In this document: positions 1 through 14,400 of the stretch, one piece after another | How the letters are laid out: every line of letters starts with the position of its first letter | How positions within the stretch are numbered: the first letter of the stretch is position 1 | From: Ylistrum balloti | Lineage: Eukaryota | Direction of reading: 5' to 3' | DNA length: 64,000 bases | Assembly: GCF_031769215.1 (NCBI RefSeq) | Contig: NW_026782484.1 | Location: forward strand, 496,001-560,000 | Notes under the pieces: generated by a model | Told to the model about the DNA's origin: nothing | The model's input: the letters and a program-made list of their open reading frames with translations, nothing else | Databases searched by the model: none | Made by a program: the position numbers and the translations under genes

Positions 1-1332
1 GGAGATGTAACAAGGACTACAGACTGCTGGAGATGTATTCGGGACTACAGACTGCTGGAGATGTAATGTAACCAGGACAACAGACTGCTGGAGATGTATT
101 CGGGACTACAGACTGCTGGAGATGTAATGTAACCAGGACAACAGACTGCTGGAGACGTAGTCGGGACTACAGACTTATGGAGATGTAACCAGGACTACAG
201 ACTGATAAAGATATAACCAGGACAACAGACTGCTGGAGATGTAACCAGGACAACAGACAGTGGAGATGCAACCAGGACTACAGACTGCTGGAGATGTAAC
301 AGGACTACAGACTGCTGGAGATGTAACCAGGACAACAGACTGCTGGAGATGTAACAGGACTACAGACTGCTGTAGATGTAACAGGACTACAGACTGCTGG
401 AGATGTAACAGGACTACAGACTGCTGGAGATGTAACCAGGACAACAGACTGCTGGAGATGTAACCAGGACAACAGACTGCTGTAGATGTATTCGGGACAA
501 CAGACTGCTGGAGATGTAACCAGGACAATAGACTGCTGGAGATGTAACAAGGACTACAGACTGCTGGAGATGTAACCAGGACAATAGACTGCTGGAGATG
601 TAACCAGGACAACAGACTGCTGTAGATGTATTCGGGACTACAGACTGCTGGAGATGTAACCAGGACAATAGACTGCTGGAGATGTAACCAGGACAATAGA
701 CTGCTGGAGATGTAACAAGGACTACAGACTGCTGGAGATGTAACCAGGACAACAGACTGCTGTAGATGTATTCGGGACAACAGACTGCTGGAGATGTAAC
801 CATGACTACAGACTGCTGGAGATGTAACCAGGACAACAGACTGCTGGAGATGTAACCATGACTACAGACTGATGAAGATGTAGTCAGGACTACAGACTGC
901 TGGAGATGTAGTCAGGACTACAGACTGCTGGAGATGTAACCAGGACTACAGACTGCTGGAGATGTAACCAGGACTACAGACTGATAAAGATATAACCAGG
1001 ACAACAGACTGCTGGAGATGTAACCATGACTACAGACTGATGAAGATGTAGTCAGGACTACAGACTGCTGGAGATGTAACCATGACTACAGACTGATGAA
1101 GATGTAGTCAGGACTACAGACTGCTGGAGATGTAACCAGGACTACAGACTGCTGGAGATGTAGTCAGGACTACAGACTGCTGGAGATGTAACCAGGACTA
1201 CAGACTGCTGGAGATGTAACCAGGACTACAGACTGCTGGAGATGTAACCAGGACTACAGACTGCTGGAGATGTAACCAGGACTACAGACTGCTGGAGATG
1301 TAACCAGGACTACAGACTGCTGGAGATGTAAT
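1..1332. repeat. 28-bp minisatellite (CTGGAGATGTAACCAGGACTACAGACTG), truncated by the window start
   Basis: About 45 directly visible copies with 27-bp and other variants. Confidence 0.95.
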
Positions 1333-3401
1333 CAATTGAGTCTCCCACGTTAATGATATTAGCATCAATGAAACTTTGAGATAGTCGAAATCCAATGGTT
1401 TTGAACATAGTGTTGTAACATACTGACTATAAACAGATTCTCCGTGATGATCAGGCTTATGCCGGGGGCATTGGATCGCTGTATGACTTCCGTCAAAACA
1501 CCGTCACATTATTCGATCCGACAGCCTGTATCAGCCCTACTTTTGTATTCTATACACATACAAGGCTTGCCACAGAATTCTACAGAAATATGTTTTACCT
1601 TGGTATTGATGCCAGCGACACAATCGAGATAGCATGCAGATTGTTACTGTTCGGGTTACAATCTTATATATAACAAAAAGACCCTGAAAATATGAGAAAG
1701 AAATGGTAAATGTGATACATTCAAAAGCTTAAAAAAGAAAAATCGGACTAATTTTATAAGGATTGTTGATAAATTCCCCAACGAATCAACAATTTATATA
1801 TATAATTACCTACAATATAACACGTTTATTCGACTGTGATGTATGTAGAATACTAGGGTAATGTGGAAGTCCGGTTGGTCGTTACCTCTCCTTTAAGACG
1901 ATCTGGATCATTATTATTTATTTATTTATATATTTTGTTACACTTTTTTCACCGACGTGACAAATCAGAACCAAAAGTTTGTCTACTTATAAATTCATCG
2001 TCCTCGCTGACGTTCGTCGACGAGACCGTGCTTACAAATAGGAAAAGTCGAGGAGACGGGAAACATGTAACCAACCTATCACTGATGAGTGTCATTGGTT
2101 ACAACCATTTGCCGTTCTTAGAGGTGACTTTCATACATCCTATCAGTTATGCAGATTAATTTATAAGCTTTGATGCGTTACAGCATGTACAAATAAAACA
2201 ATGAAATGGTGTTTCTGAAACTCACACGAATATACGGAAAATGGAGAAGCCAAAACTCTCCCATTGTGTGTCAGAAAGGGGTGAAGGCTTGAGAGGCATC
2301 ATGACGAGCTGCACGTGAAACAGAAGGCATTTTAAGTACACGGTTTCATCACTGTGTGCTGAATTGCACTCTGCTATTTTAGATTATGCGTTTTATGCAA
2401 CCTACCCGAACTATTTTTAGATTTGCATCGACATATTTTACATGATGATGCAGACAATTGCGTAATTTGTGAGGTGACAGGCACATGAAAACGTTTGGAC
2501 CAGTACCCCTATATATAACTACATTATAATTGCACAAAAATTATCGTTTAAAACTGACATGGATATAACCCATCTTAATAAATGGACTACCAAGTGTTGG
2601 GGAAAAAAAGACATCGTAATACAGTGCTATGATAAAATCACAGAAATTGCACTTTATTCGATCCCTGTATCATAACTAACCGACCTACCACCGGGGGTGC
2701 TCTAGTGTCAAGTCTATTGACTTGTCCCTCGCCTTAGCTACCCCCCAAGGACCATATTCTAGAGACAACGACTGCTATAGAATCACGTTTGTGTTGTTCA
2801 CCTTGCCGACATTAAATGTCAATAAACTCAATTATCACGTCTTTACATCGATGGCGGACATAAAGCCCGAGTTATCTGTAATACTATAGTACTGTTGCAT
2901 GAAAGCGCCTCCCCGTACATAAACAGCACTGTATCAACAGTCATCAGGCGGCTGTGTTAATTAATACTCCAGACCCTGTCACGTGTGGTAGAGAGGAACA
3001 ATTTAGTAAACAACATTGTTACTGTTGTCAACTGAATTATGAGTGAATGGTGTAGCACAAGCAAAGCTGTCATGATCGATGTAGAAGAAACTCGCTCACG
3101 AGGAGAGTAAATATGAATGTGATGATCGTTAAGACATGGCAATCTCTCGACGGTAAAAAACATGAATACATCTGACTGAATCGTCTTTCCCTCGGGTTTA
3201 GATCCTCCTACCTCGCCTTGAACGGATGGAAAATTGTTATTCTTAAGATGTCTTTCAAAGCCTGATTTTTTTATATGCAATGAGAACATTGTAAAGACCC
3301 TAAAACTTCCCCATAATCAACATCAGCCTGCATCTCTCAAACCCCTGTCTTGTGACTTAAACGTTTCAATATGGAATCAACTTTATAATGTATGTACCAT
3401 A

Positions 3402-3567
3402 GACTGGGAAAGGTTTGTCATCCGGAAGTGTAAACATCATAGGCTGGGAATGTACGGTTTGTCATCCGGAAGTGTAAAAACCGTAGGCTGGGAATGAAAG
3501 GTTTGTCATCCGGAAGTGTAAAAACCGTAGGCTGGGAATGAAAGGTTTGTCATCCGGAAGTGTAAAT
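3402..3567. repeat. ~44-bp tandem repeat x4, each copy with CCGGAAGTG
   Basis: AGGCTGGGAATGAAAGGTTTGTCATCCGGAAGTGTAAAAACCGT. Confidence 0.9.
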
Positions 3568-4944
3568 TTCACAAGGATATCGAAATCATCACACTACAAG
3601 ACGTAGTTCTTTCCGTCGATGAAAGGTACATTTGGGGATTCTGTTTTTCATTAGATATTTCCTCATGGTAATAAGCTAATTAGGAAATTGAAACCACCGA
3701 GAAAGTGCAGGATAGAAAGTGTCGTTCATACTGTCTTATTTGTCACTGTCAAGACTTGTATGGTCCGCTTGATTTTCAAGGATCCGGTTGTTTTCCTGTG
3801 AAAGTCTGCCATTGTACTATTCTAACATTCTTTTGTCCAAAATCTTCCAAGAACAAGAAGTGATTAAAAGGAAAAGAAAAAAAACAAATGAAGAAGAAAC
3901 AAAACGAGACAAAGGAACATTTCCAAAGACTTTACTATATCGTAATATATACAAATTTACAGTTAATTTCACTGTCACATCAAGTCACAGTAAGTGAAAC
4001 AATGCAACGGTGAAGCTAACGCTATACAACCTGTTAACGATGGCTTCAGGGCCGTTTACCTACCGGTGTAATACCTTGTTTTATGTAACGTTATACATAG
4101 CATCATGTGGCATAATCAACACTCACCATACCCCACAAGGCCCTCTTGTTATAACAAAGCTAAATATGTTCTATACTATAACAGATAATACATCCATATT
4201 GGTAAAGACACAGTAACATGACCATCTATTGACGAATACAGATATTCTTTTAAAAACAAACTAATATAGAAAATTAGTTTCATACATAGGGATTTGGTTA
4301 GTTTTCTTTATGTAAAAACACTTCATTATCACAGACACAGTTTGCACGTGGCAGAAGAACAACCTATGTCGTATTGTGTTACAATACAAAATCGCGTGCG
4401 AGACACGTTACTATATCTACGGTAACCACGGAGAACTAGTGTGAGTGGACAATACAATCAATAAGACACCTGGAAATGAGGCATCGAAACAACTAAAGCT
4501 AGCAGCATTCTAAATAAAACTACCATATACTCCTTCTATATAGAATCTGTGGAAATACGTTGTTTTATTAATTAAGGTGGAGAAGTGAAAATTCCCCGAT
4601 AAAACACTTTACCTGACGTGTTCACTGTAATAACTAGTATACTTCTGCGACTTTAACACATACAATGACGTGCAGAATTTTACATACCAAGGGTATACTG
4701 CGTGTTATGGTAGTAATGGATTCGCTAGAAAATAAATATTGAGCAAAGATACTGACACAAAAGAATCAACCTAGATTCGCTAAGAAAACCTTTTCATGCA
4801 TGAGTTTAATTCTACATTATTGTAATGAAGTCATTTAATTAATGTGAAGATATTGCTCCTGTTGAAGGTTCCTTGGACTGAAATAAAAAAAATAGTGTGC
4901 AAATAGTCAAATAAGAGCACTGTTTTTTATGTGAAAATATGTAA

Positions 4945-5360
4945 GGAGGCTGATGTTATCACCAATCTGATGTTTGATGAGGTCACCAATCTGATGTTTG
5001 ATGTTATCACCAATCTGATGTTTGATTAGGTCACCAAACCGATGGCTGATGAGGTCACCAATCTGATGTTTGATTAGGTCACCAAACCGATGGCTGATGA
5101 GGTCACCAATCTGATGTTTGATGAGGTCACCAAACCGATGGTTGATGAGGTCACCAAACCGATGGCTGATGAGGTCACCAAACCGATGGCTGATGAGGTC
5201 ACCAATCCGATGGCTGATGAGGTCACCAAACCGATGGTTGATTAGCTCACCAAACCGATGGTTGATGAGGTCACTAAACTGTCAGATGATGAGGTCATCA
5301 ACTGTCAGTGGATGAGTTCACCAACTGGTGGTGGATGAGGTCACCTAACCCATGTTTGAT
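4945..5360. repeat. 24-bp minisatellite (GATGAGGTCACCAAACCGATGGCT)
   Basis: About 17 copies. Explains the MRSPNRWL-repeat ORF. Confidence 0.9.
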
Positions 5361-5739
5361 GAGTTCCTCTACAAGATGAATGGTTGGTAATACGCTCATT
5401 TTTCAGAGATTGATGTCTATAAAGCCTCCCCACTGTTAGATTTCTCTGAGTTCTCTGAATGTCTCCAGCATTCAAACCATTGAGCACTACATTTTCTTTA
5501 AGAATTAAAACCACAAGAACATTCCCAAAGAGCTCATAATTAAGACATCTAAATATACATTCTTATGTTAGATATATAAGCACAAGATTTATGTTAGTAA
5601 TGTCTATTGTAGAACTGGCTATCACCTAACATACAGAGCCTTATAAACCAAGAGTGGAGCAGATTCCTTAAGGAGGAACAGTTTGAACCAAGCTATTCAG
5701 CAAAAACACACAGGACAAATGCAAAAGCAAACAGCACAG

Positions 5740-6240
5740 CAGACAAATGTGCAGTAAAAAAGGTAACAATACACAGACAAATGCTCGGTACAAAAAGAAA
5801 CAATACAAAGACAAATGTCAGATACACATGGTAACAATACACAGACAAATGTCAGATACACAAGGTAACAATACACAGACAAATGTCAGATACACAAGGT
5901 AACAATACACAGACAAATGCTCGGTACAAAAAGAAACAATACAAAGACAAATGTCAGATACACAAGGTAACAATACACAGACAAATGTCAGATACACAAG
6001 GTAACAATACACAGACAAATGTTAGATACACAAGGTAACAATACAAAGACAAATGTCAGATACACAAGGTAACAATACACAGAAAAATGTCAGATACACA
6101 TGGTAACAATACACAGAAAAATGTCAGATACACAAGGTAACAATACACAGAAAAATGTCAGATACACAAGGTAACAATACACAGACAAATGCTCGGTACA
6201 AAAAGAAACAATACAAAGACAAATGTCAGATACAAAAAGA
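5740..6240. repeat. 34-bp minisatellite (ACAAATGTCAGATACACAAGGTAACAATACACAG)
   Basis: About 14 copies with a recurring variant unit ACAAATGCTCGGTACAAAAAGAAACAATACAAAG. Confidence 0.9.
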
Positions 6241-7469
6241 AACAGTAGTTGCTATCTATCTTCATTTCTACAACAATGTGTATCACATTAAATATTTTTA
6301 CATTGATAACAGTATAGTGGAAAACACTACAGAAACAAAACATGTTAACAACAACAACAACACACTAACATCCTTTATAACAAATCAGAGAGCTAGCTTG
6401 TATAACATTGAAGCTAGTTTTCATTGTATCAAAGGAAACAAATATATTATGTTCATACTAAATTGTTTTTGTTTTATAAATGCTAGCTCATTGTTCTGCC
6501 TTACATCAGTTTTTATAACTTTTGGTAAGTGTTGACTCCTCTAGTTTAACATCACAAAGAAATCTGTTATCATCTGGAGGATATTTGGCAATACAGAAAC
6601 TAGCCAGTGGTACAAGTTCTTATATGTCACCACAGAATAAGCCCTATTCAATGCGTATTACATACATATAAGCTAATCTAATATTCCAAACATATCATAT
6701 ACACCCTTTATTTTACAAATAAGCAATGTGAATGGATTCGTGTTACACAACATAAGCACTTGGGAGGTAGACGTTTCTGTTAGATCTAATATACAGAAAT
6801 ATAGAGCACTTCTTTAAACAAATATAAACAAAACAACATCACATTAAACATGTGAACTTTGTAAATGTTTACACAACATTTGCACATTAATATATTTTTC
6901 CTTTAACTAACTTCAGAAAATGAAATGCTGGTTAACATATTCATCTTTTCACATCAATATTTGCAAAATACACTGCAGATACCAAAATATTTAAATGAAA
7001 ACAATACTGGGATAAACTATGTGTACAATCTGGTGTCAATCAACACCCTGTGTCTAGAATAAATACATCATAAATTTGTCCATGGTTAATACCTCTGTAT
7101 ATGTACATCATTCCGTAATAAAGCAACATTTCATCAAAGCTACAGTTTGCATCTATAGAGAGTACGGATAATCACTTTAGTATTCACCTCCACCAGAACT
7201 TCTTGAATACAACTGTAATCATTTCCTATAATTAAGCAGAAAAATGAAACCAGGTTTTGAAACACATATACTGTGGTTAAAGCTTCCATGTCACCAGAAT
7301 GAGTTATCTGTTTATACAGAAGAGGGATGTCAAAATCCACCACAAACATAATTGAAATGAAGTTATCTACAAAAAACAACACCAAAACAAATCCATTTAT
7401 CATCTTGTAGGAATGGATCTAGGTTAACATAAACACACACATGTATTGTCCTGTGCTGTTGTGTTTCTA

Positions 7470-8130
7470 ATACTAGAGACCCATGGGGTCTTGCCTTGAT
7501 GTCTTAGTTTTCACTTCAAAACACTTTAATTCACAATTATAATGTTATATTTTCCCTAAAAGATGAGGAATTTTAAAACTTCAAGCTAAATTTTGACAAA
7601 TACTTTCATGCAAGCAGAATTTTTTTCAAAACTTTTACCTCTATTTCCCATAATGAGACCTGCCCTTCTGCAGACCTTTGATTTACATAAAATTGAGTCC
7701 CCTGTTGGGACAAAAGCCTAATTCTGCAGGGAGTTGTGACCAATAACTTATACAAATGTTTTTTCAGACTTGATCAATATCAATACAAAACTGAGTGACT
7801 TCACCCAAGGAAGCTTCATACCACATTTGGACAAAATGCTGTCATTCCTCAAGAAGAGGACTTTTAAAGAATTTGCTATAAATCTCATTTTTGGCTCCAT
7901 CCCTCAGGTTCCATGGAGATTAGCCCTCCATTTGCACAACATTTTAATCTACTTTTTACCTGAAAGCTTCAAGCAAAATATGAGTGATATCTGGTGCATG
8001 GATCTTGAGTAAAACTCATTTAAAGCAAAGTTTTAAAGCTAAATTTCACAATTTTGGCACTTCCCCTCAGCCTCCTTGGGGGGTCAGATCCAACCATTTG
8101 TATAACTCTGAAAACCACCACCTAGATATG
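7470..8130 (-). mobile_element. Probable HINE-like remnant
   Basis: Terminal hairpin AGACCC-ATG-GGGTCT (7477-7491), followed by degenerate subunits resembling those of the other copies. Confidence 0.4.
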
Positions 8131-8669
8131 CTTCCAATCTAATATGTGTGATTAAAACCTATACCAAGCCTTTGATAAACTCTAGATAGTGTATACTTGC
8201 TAGTGATCACCAGATTTATTGCTATGATGAAGCTATTGTTAAAATATTCTGTGACTGTTTTGCTTTCTGTAAATCTTACAATGTGTGGAGTTCAAGCAGT
8301 ATACCAAGCAGTTTGAAAATAAATGATAATTTTCCAATATATATTCATCGAATTGATGGCCAAGTTGTGTCCTCTTTTTAAATAACAAAAATAAACAAAT
8401 GTACAAACTAGAAATTAACAGAATATGGAAACTCTCAGAAAGTAAAAGAAGATGTCTACAACATCATTATGGCAATGGCAAGTAGGACTTAACAGACAAA
8501 AATGTATACCTTCTAGACGAATTAAACATGAAAACAAAAAAAAAGTTAATATATACAACTCAAAGAATAAATCACAGATAGCAACAGGTATCTCAGGTAT
8601 AACAGAAAACAGTCTTCATCAGCGGTAAGCAAACTTAACAATAATGTCCCAGGAAAAATGAATGACCAT

Positions 8670-9470
8670 CAGGTATCTACAGGACAATACACAGGGTAAC
8701 ATTGAATCTCCTGGTATCTACAGGACAATACACAGGTAACATTGAATCCCCTGGTATCTACAGGACAATACACAGGGTAACATTGAATCCCCTGGTATCT
8801 ACAGGACAATACACAGGGTAATTTGGATCCTTTGGTATCTACAGGACAATACACAGGGTAACATTGAATCCCTTGGTATCTACTGGACAATACACAGGGT
8901 AACATTGAATCCCCTGGTATCTACAGGACAATACACAGGGTAGCATTGAATCCCCTGGTATCTACAGGACAATCCACAGGGTAACATTGAATCCCCTGGT
9001 ATGTACAGGACAATACACAGGGTAACATTGAATCCCCTGGTATCTACAGGACATTACACAGGGTAACATTGAATCCCTTGGTATGTACAGGACAATACAC
9101 AGGGTAACATTGAATCCCCTGGTGTCTACAGGACAATACACAGGGTAACATTGAATCCCCTGGTATCTACAGGACAATACACAGGGTAACATTGAATCCC
9201 CTGGTATCTACAGGACAATACACAGGGTATCATTGAATTCTCTTGTATGTACAGGACAATACACAGGGTAACATTGAATCCCCTTGTATCTACAGGACAA
9301 TACACTAGGTAATATTGGATCCTTTGGTATCTACAGGACAATACACAGGGTAACATTGAATCCCCTAGTATCTACAGGACAATACACAGGGTAATATTGG
9401 ATCCTTTTGTATCTACAGGACAATACACAGGGTAACATTGAATCCCTTGGTATGTACAGGACAATATACA
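8670..9470. repeat. 41-bp minisatellite (TGGTATCTACAGGACAATACACAGGGTAACATTGAATCCCC)
   Basis: About 19 copies. Confidence 0.95.
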
Positions 9471-9898
9471 AAACCACATTGAATTTATATTTACCAGGTG
9501 ACTGCTACCCTATACCTGTATCTAGTTATTGATACAAAGTTACCAGTTCCCTACACCAGTACCTAGGTACATATTCTTGTGCTTAGTTACCCTTAAAATA
9601 TCATTACATAAAATATTGTTGACATTTACTTGTAAACCTGCAGTATATAGCTTACATAGCACTGTTTACTCTCCTCAATAAATATATACCTTAATATCTG
9701 AAATACATTATCGATGCACTATAAATATTTTACCGAGATACCTCATCACCAAATTTAAAAAGACTTGATTAACTGGAACAAAAATTCAATATGTTTTCTA
9801 TACCACCAAATTGTAGTACATTGTCTTGATACAAATATACCTGTGATAATTCTTGTGTTTAACACAAAGAGACAAAAATTATGGTATCATACCCAATA

Positions 9899-10425
9899 AA
9901 CAAGAGGCTTAATAGGCCTGAATCACTCACCTGTTCTGAAGCTTACATTGAAAACTGTCAGTTTGTTTAATGAATTTCTTTAAAATTGAAAGCATATTTC
10001 TCAAGCATGCATCTACACTTAAATACCATGACCCAGAACTTATTGCTTGTTGAAAAGAAGAAATTTGAAGACCTAAACACATTTAAGCCCGAACCTTAAT
10101 GGGTCAAGGTCATTCATTTTCACAAACTTTGTAGCCCTTCATCCTAGCATGCAACATGGTCAATATCAGAACACCAGGTCTTTCAGTTATTGCGGAGTTA
10201 CAAGATTTTTAAAATTTTTGATCAGTTTGGTCTTGAAAGATGGTTAAGGTTAGTTATTGGTAACCTTTCATCACAATATGCTACAGGCCCAATATCATTA
10301 CCCAAGGCCTTTAAGTTATGGGAAGTTGTTTGAAGGGAAAAGGTTGATGTGAAACAGAAGGGCAGACAGCAAAAACTACTGAAGACAGACTCTATCACAT
10401 GGTATAAGCTCACTTTAGTCGAAAA
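9899..10425 (-). mobile_element. HINE-like element remnant
   Basis: Minus strand reads ...CAGGTGAGTGATTCAGGCCTATTAAGCCTCTTGTT at the 3' end and AAAGTGAGCTTATACC plus a GTCY tract at the 5' end. Confidence 0.55.
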
Positions 10426-11379
10426 ACAAAACAACGTGAAAAGTGTTTGATGCACCATTAAACCTTGAAGATGAAAATCTTATTTAAAATGATCACAAAA
10501 AGAGCTCCCAAAAAGTTCCCAGAAAGTTACCCGCACTGGTATCCATTTAGTTAGTTTTGATATAGTATGTTCCTACATTTATATAAAGTCCTTGTGTATA
10601 TAATCAGTATAAGAATAAGAGTGTCACAGCAGCCATTTTCTGTCTGTTATCTCCTTTGTAAGACTTCCTTTACTTGGTAAAAAAAAAACAGTTTTTTTCA
10701 ACTACCTAAATTATAAATATTTGTTGAAGATATAAGGCTTTATGTTCAAATATTGAGAATATTATTTAATTGTTTACTTCAGGGTTTTGTTTTTTTTTTG
10801 TTTTTGATTTTTTTTCAAGTTCATATTTGGAGGGAAAAGTTTACCATGTATGACTGTATAATTCTTTTGTGATACACTCATTCTATACCATTAAAAATTG
10901 GAATTCTTAAAAAATGATGATGATGATGTAAAATATTCAATTCAAATTAATGTTTGTCTTTTTATCAATTTGAATTTGTTTGAAATCATCTGTGTAGAAA
11001 TTAGTACCAAGATCGTTAATTATTAACAAGTTGTTAGAAAAATGAACTATAAAAACCATGTAGCTATGTAAGGAATGTGACAAGATAATCTGCACCGCAC
11101 AATAACTACTGACAACCAGTTATAACACTTAAACAATAACTAGTTGTCTGTAAGCAAATTAAAACAACAATGATGCACCAGAAGATTAACACAGTTAAAT
11201 TATTGTATAAAGTTCTACCATAATCTGTTAAAACATTGATGTATCAAGAACATCATATCTCAACTGTGGAGGAAGAAAAGTGGACATATAAACAGTAAAT
11301 TCCTTATTTGGAAGCAAAGTCAAATGGAAGCATTCATTTAAATGCATATAAACTGAGGGCTTTTTATCAAGGATTTCCT

Positions 11380-11680
11380 ATATAAACGAGGGGCATAATG
11401 CACCTAGGTTTTCCTTTTAACATTGTGACCAGGGGCATGCATCAAGGATTTACTGTAAGTAAACTGTGGGGCATTACATATAAGTTTTAATGTATATAAC
11501 CAGGGGCATTATGTCAAGATCTCACTGTATATAAACCAGGGGTATTATATCAAGGTTTTACTGTATATATATAACCAGGGGCATGTCAAGATCTCACTGT
11601 ATATTAACCAGGGGCATTTGATCAATGTTTTACTGTACATAAATCAAGGTTTGACTGTAAACATAAACCAAGTATATTAT
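11380..11680. repeat. Degenerate ~40-bp tandem repeat (CCAGGGGCATT..ATCAAGGTTTTACTGTATATAAA)
   Basis: About 7 diverged copies. Confidence 0.65.
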
Positions 11681-11994
11681 TTCACCAACATTTTTACACA
11701 TTTCAGAACAAATTCATACATATTATGTATCAATGCAAAACCATGTAAACACAAAATCATGAAACATTTTTCACATTGATGTGGTAACATATTTCAGAAT
11801 AGGTATTTCATTTAAAGATGTACACAGCAACAACTACAGGTATCAGCATCCTTGTTAAAGCAAACCATTCCTAGTAATTCAGAGAGGATTACAGAAAAAT
11901 TATATTGGAAATTCAGGATGAAAGGCAATGTAACACAAGAAATGAATTTGTGATGAATAGGGATCAAGGTCTCATTATATAATGTGAACAATAT

Positions 11995-12262
11995 CCCTCA
12001 TACATTGTACAAAAACCAGAGGGGTATTGATCAACCCTCATAAATTGTACAAAAACCAGAGGGGTATTGATCAACCCTCATAAATTGTACAAAAACCAGA
12101 GGGGTATTGATCAACCCTCATACATTGTACAAAAACCAGAGGGGTATTGATCAACCCTCATACATTGTACAAAAACCAGAGGGGTATTAATCAAGGTCTA
12201 AATATATAATATGAACAATAACCCTCATACATTGTACAAAAACCAGAGGGGTATTGATCAAG
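11995..12262. repeat. 40-bp minisatellite (CCCTCATACATTGTACAAAAACCAGAGGGGTATTGATCAA)
   Basis: 5 contiguous copies plus one separated copy. Confidence 0.9.
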
Positions 12263-13674
12263 GTCTCAATATATGCTCACAATAGGATAGCGTCATCATT
12301 TCTATACTATATATATATATATATGTATAGTGAAACCACATTGATAAGGTCATCATTTTCGACACACATTTCACGGGACATTGATGATGACATGATGAAT
12401 AGGTTTCACAACAACTTACAATTTGATACTGTATTTTTAAGCATCTGAGAAAAATAATCAAACATTGGTCTGTTCCATGGACAAAGATGTCACAACAAAC
12501 CTAATGCTGATGGCAGCCAGTTTCTTGTACTCGGGTTGAGACATCCATATCCATGGAACAGACCCCTGTAAGATTCTATCAACCGATAAAAATCCCTTTG
12601 GAAAATCATTCACAATATCACAAAATGAAATGATTCTGAAGCTGCTCCAATCACCTTGCTAAAGCATGACAGTACATACAAGACATTTTTAACATGTTAT
12701 CATAAATATTACAGACATATTAAATGTATTTACTTCTGATCAAGAATATTGTGATGAGGGTTAGGTTGCCAAATGCGTTGAGATCTGTCCTGTATAACTG
12801 TGACTAAAGCATGAATCCTCTGTGAACATATTACATGATGTGAAATAATCAGTCTGATTATTTGAATGTACAAAACAGGTTTATCAGTCCCGTCATATAA
12901 ATCTATACCAATACAGACTACAATTTGTACTTTTGTCTTGGTCCTTGTAGAATTTTTAGTAAAGACATGACAAATGTATAATTTATATGAAATGAAAAAG
13001 TATATCATTGTACACATAATAAATAGAAATGGGTAATTTTTTTTGTGAAAATTAGCACATTGTATATTATATAAGTTATATTTAGTATATATCTATATAA
13101 ATATCACCGATTTAAAACTTTAACACGAAGAGAACCCATGAAAATACAGGTAAACGTCTGGTATGAAAAATACATGATCAAGGCACATATACATTATCAT
13201 ACGATAGATAAAACTGGTTTCTCTACCAACAGGGTGAGGAGGCGATGTTAATGATACAGCTGCAATAACGAATTGTCTTTGTGTAAGACACCACATGTAG
13301 AAAGTGTGTGGGGATGTATATATACATCCAGTGCCTAGAAACTTCCAGTCTTTCAATCGTCCCAATACCTAGCATTTATAGTCATTGGAACCAAGAACTC
13401 CTAGTCTTTCTATTGCCAGAGATACCAAGTACTGTACCAGTCACTGCCTTGAAAGTTTCATCATTCTGGTACATTCATTTCTGCCGCCAGGCCACAATAC
13501 ATTGTTTACAAGTTCTCTTTCACAAAATGTTAAGATAATCTTTTGGACTTTTAACTTGCAAACATCTGGGCTGTGGTTCCAACTTTTTCTTTCAAATTTA
13601 GATGGAGGTGACATGTGCCCATAAATATTGTTTGTAGCAAGTTAAACCTGTCGCACACAATGGTGTAATGAATA

Positions 13675-13893
13675 TCACTGGACCACACATGCTTGTGACA
13701 TATCGCCATGTCTCCCTGCTGCTTTAGCAAAACATATTGCCTGCATCCACTCATTCTGAATGTTTTCATTATCAGCATGAATATAAAATGTTCGCTTGAT
13801 ATCTTTGGATTTTATTCGGAATGCATAGTTCTTCTTGTCTATATTGGTCTCCGAGATTTCTGAATTGGTCAATGGTATTCTTTTAGATGTTTG
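13675..13893 (-). CDS. Stand-alone PH-domain/CaaX protein, coding exon 2 (QTSKRIPLTNSEI...FRI...FYIHADNENIQNEWMQAICFAK...SQACVVQ*)
   Basis: Polypyrimidine tract ttttcttttcttttcag forms the acceptor, in frame with exon 1 across a 1002-nt intron. Has PH C-terminal strands and helix (EWMQAI). TGA at 13677-13675. Spliced product is 135 aa. Confidence 0.9.
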   Translation of the reverse strand, partial: QTSKRIPLTNSEISETNIDKKNYAFRIKSKDIKRTFYIHADNENIQNEWMQAICFAKAAGRHGDMSQACVVQ

Positions 13894-14049
13894 CTGAAAA
13901 GAAAAGAAAATGCTACATTATAATGCTGGTTTCTCTGCATCGTAAGAAGAGAGCGAATAAGAAAAAACAGATTTGAATGTTTCACAAGAGGGCATATGTA
14001 ATATGTGTTGCTTTTCTGGGTTTACTGGTTACCTGGTCATATAATTTTT

Positions 14050-14400
14050 TTTTCTTTATTTGCAGTATGTCTATAGGTATAACACAATTTTGTAGAAGCA
14101 TATGTAACAGAGGTCATTATTTCAATGTCTCTGCTAGGAATCGAACCCAGGACCCTGCCTTACTAGTCTTGAAACTCAACTGATTAAGTTAGAGAGTTCT
14201 CAAACAGAAGTGTCCAAGGGTTACAGTGATATTTATAAGACAATGCTAAGTATTATTCCCGATTCTCTACAAGGGCGTCATTGTAAAGGGGGTCATTATT
14301 TATTTTAATGCCTCCGCTAGGATTCAATTCCGGGACCTATGGCTTACTAATCTGATGTTTAATCCATCACGCTAAAGACAAGTTCTCTCTAGCAGAGCAA
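14050..14400 (-). mobile_element. Two adjacent degenerate tRNA-headed SINE-like copies in the PH-CaaX intron
   Basis: B-box GGTTCGATTCC on the minus strand at 14137-14147, and a degenerate copy at 14320-14330. Both sit in a shared GGTCATTATTT...GCTAGGA...GACC...CTTACTA context. Confidence 0.5.

Noticed and set aside
175-836. Several overlapping ORFs up to 201 aa
   Set aside because: All arise from the 28-bp minisatellite.
1863-2159. 98-aa ORF and CpG-richer segment as a possible gene
   Set aside because: No recognisable domain, non-ATG start, and no consistent splice chain.
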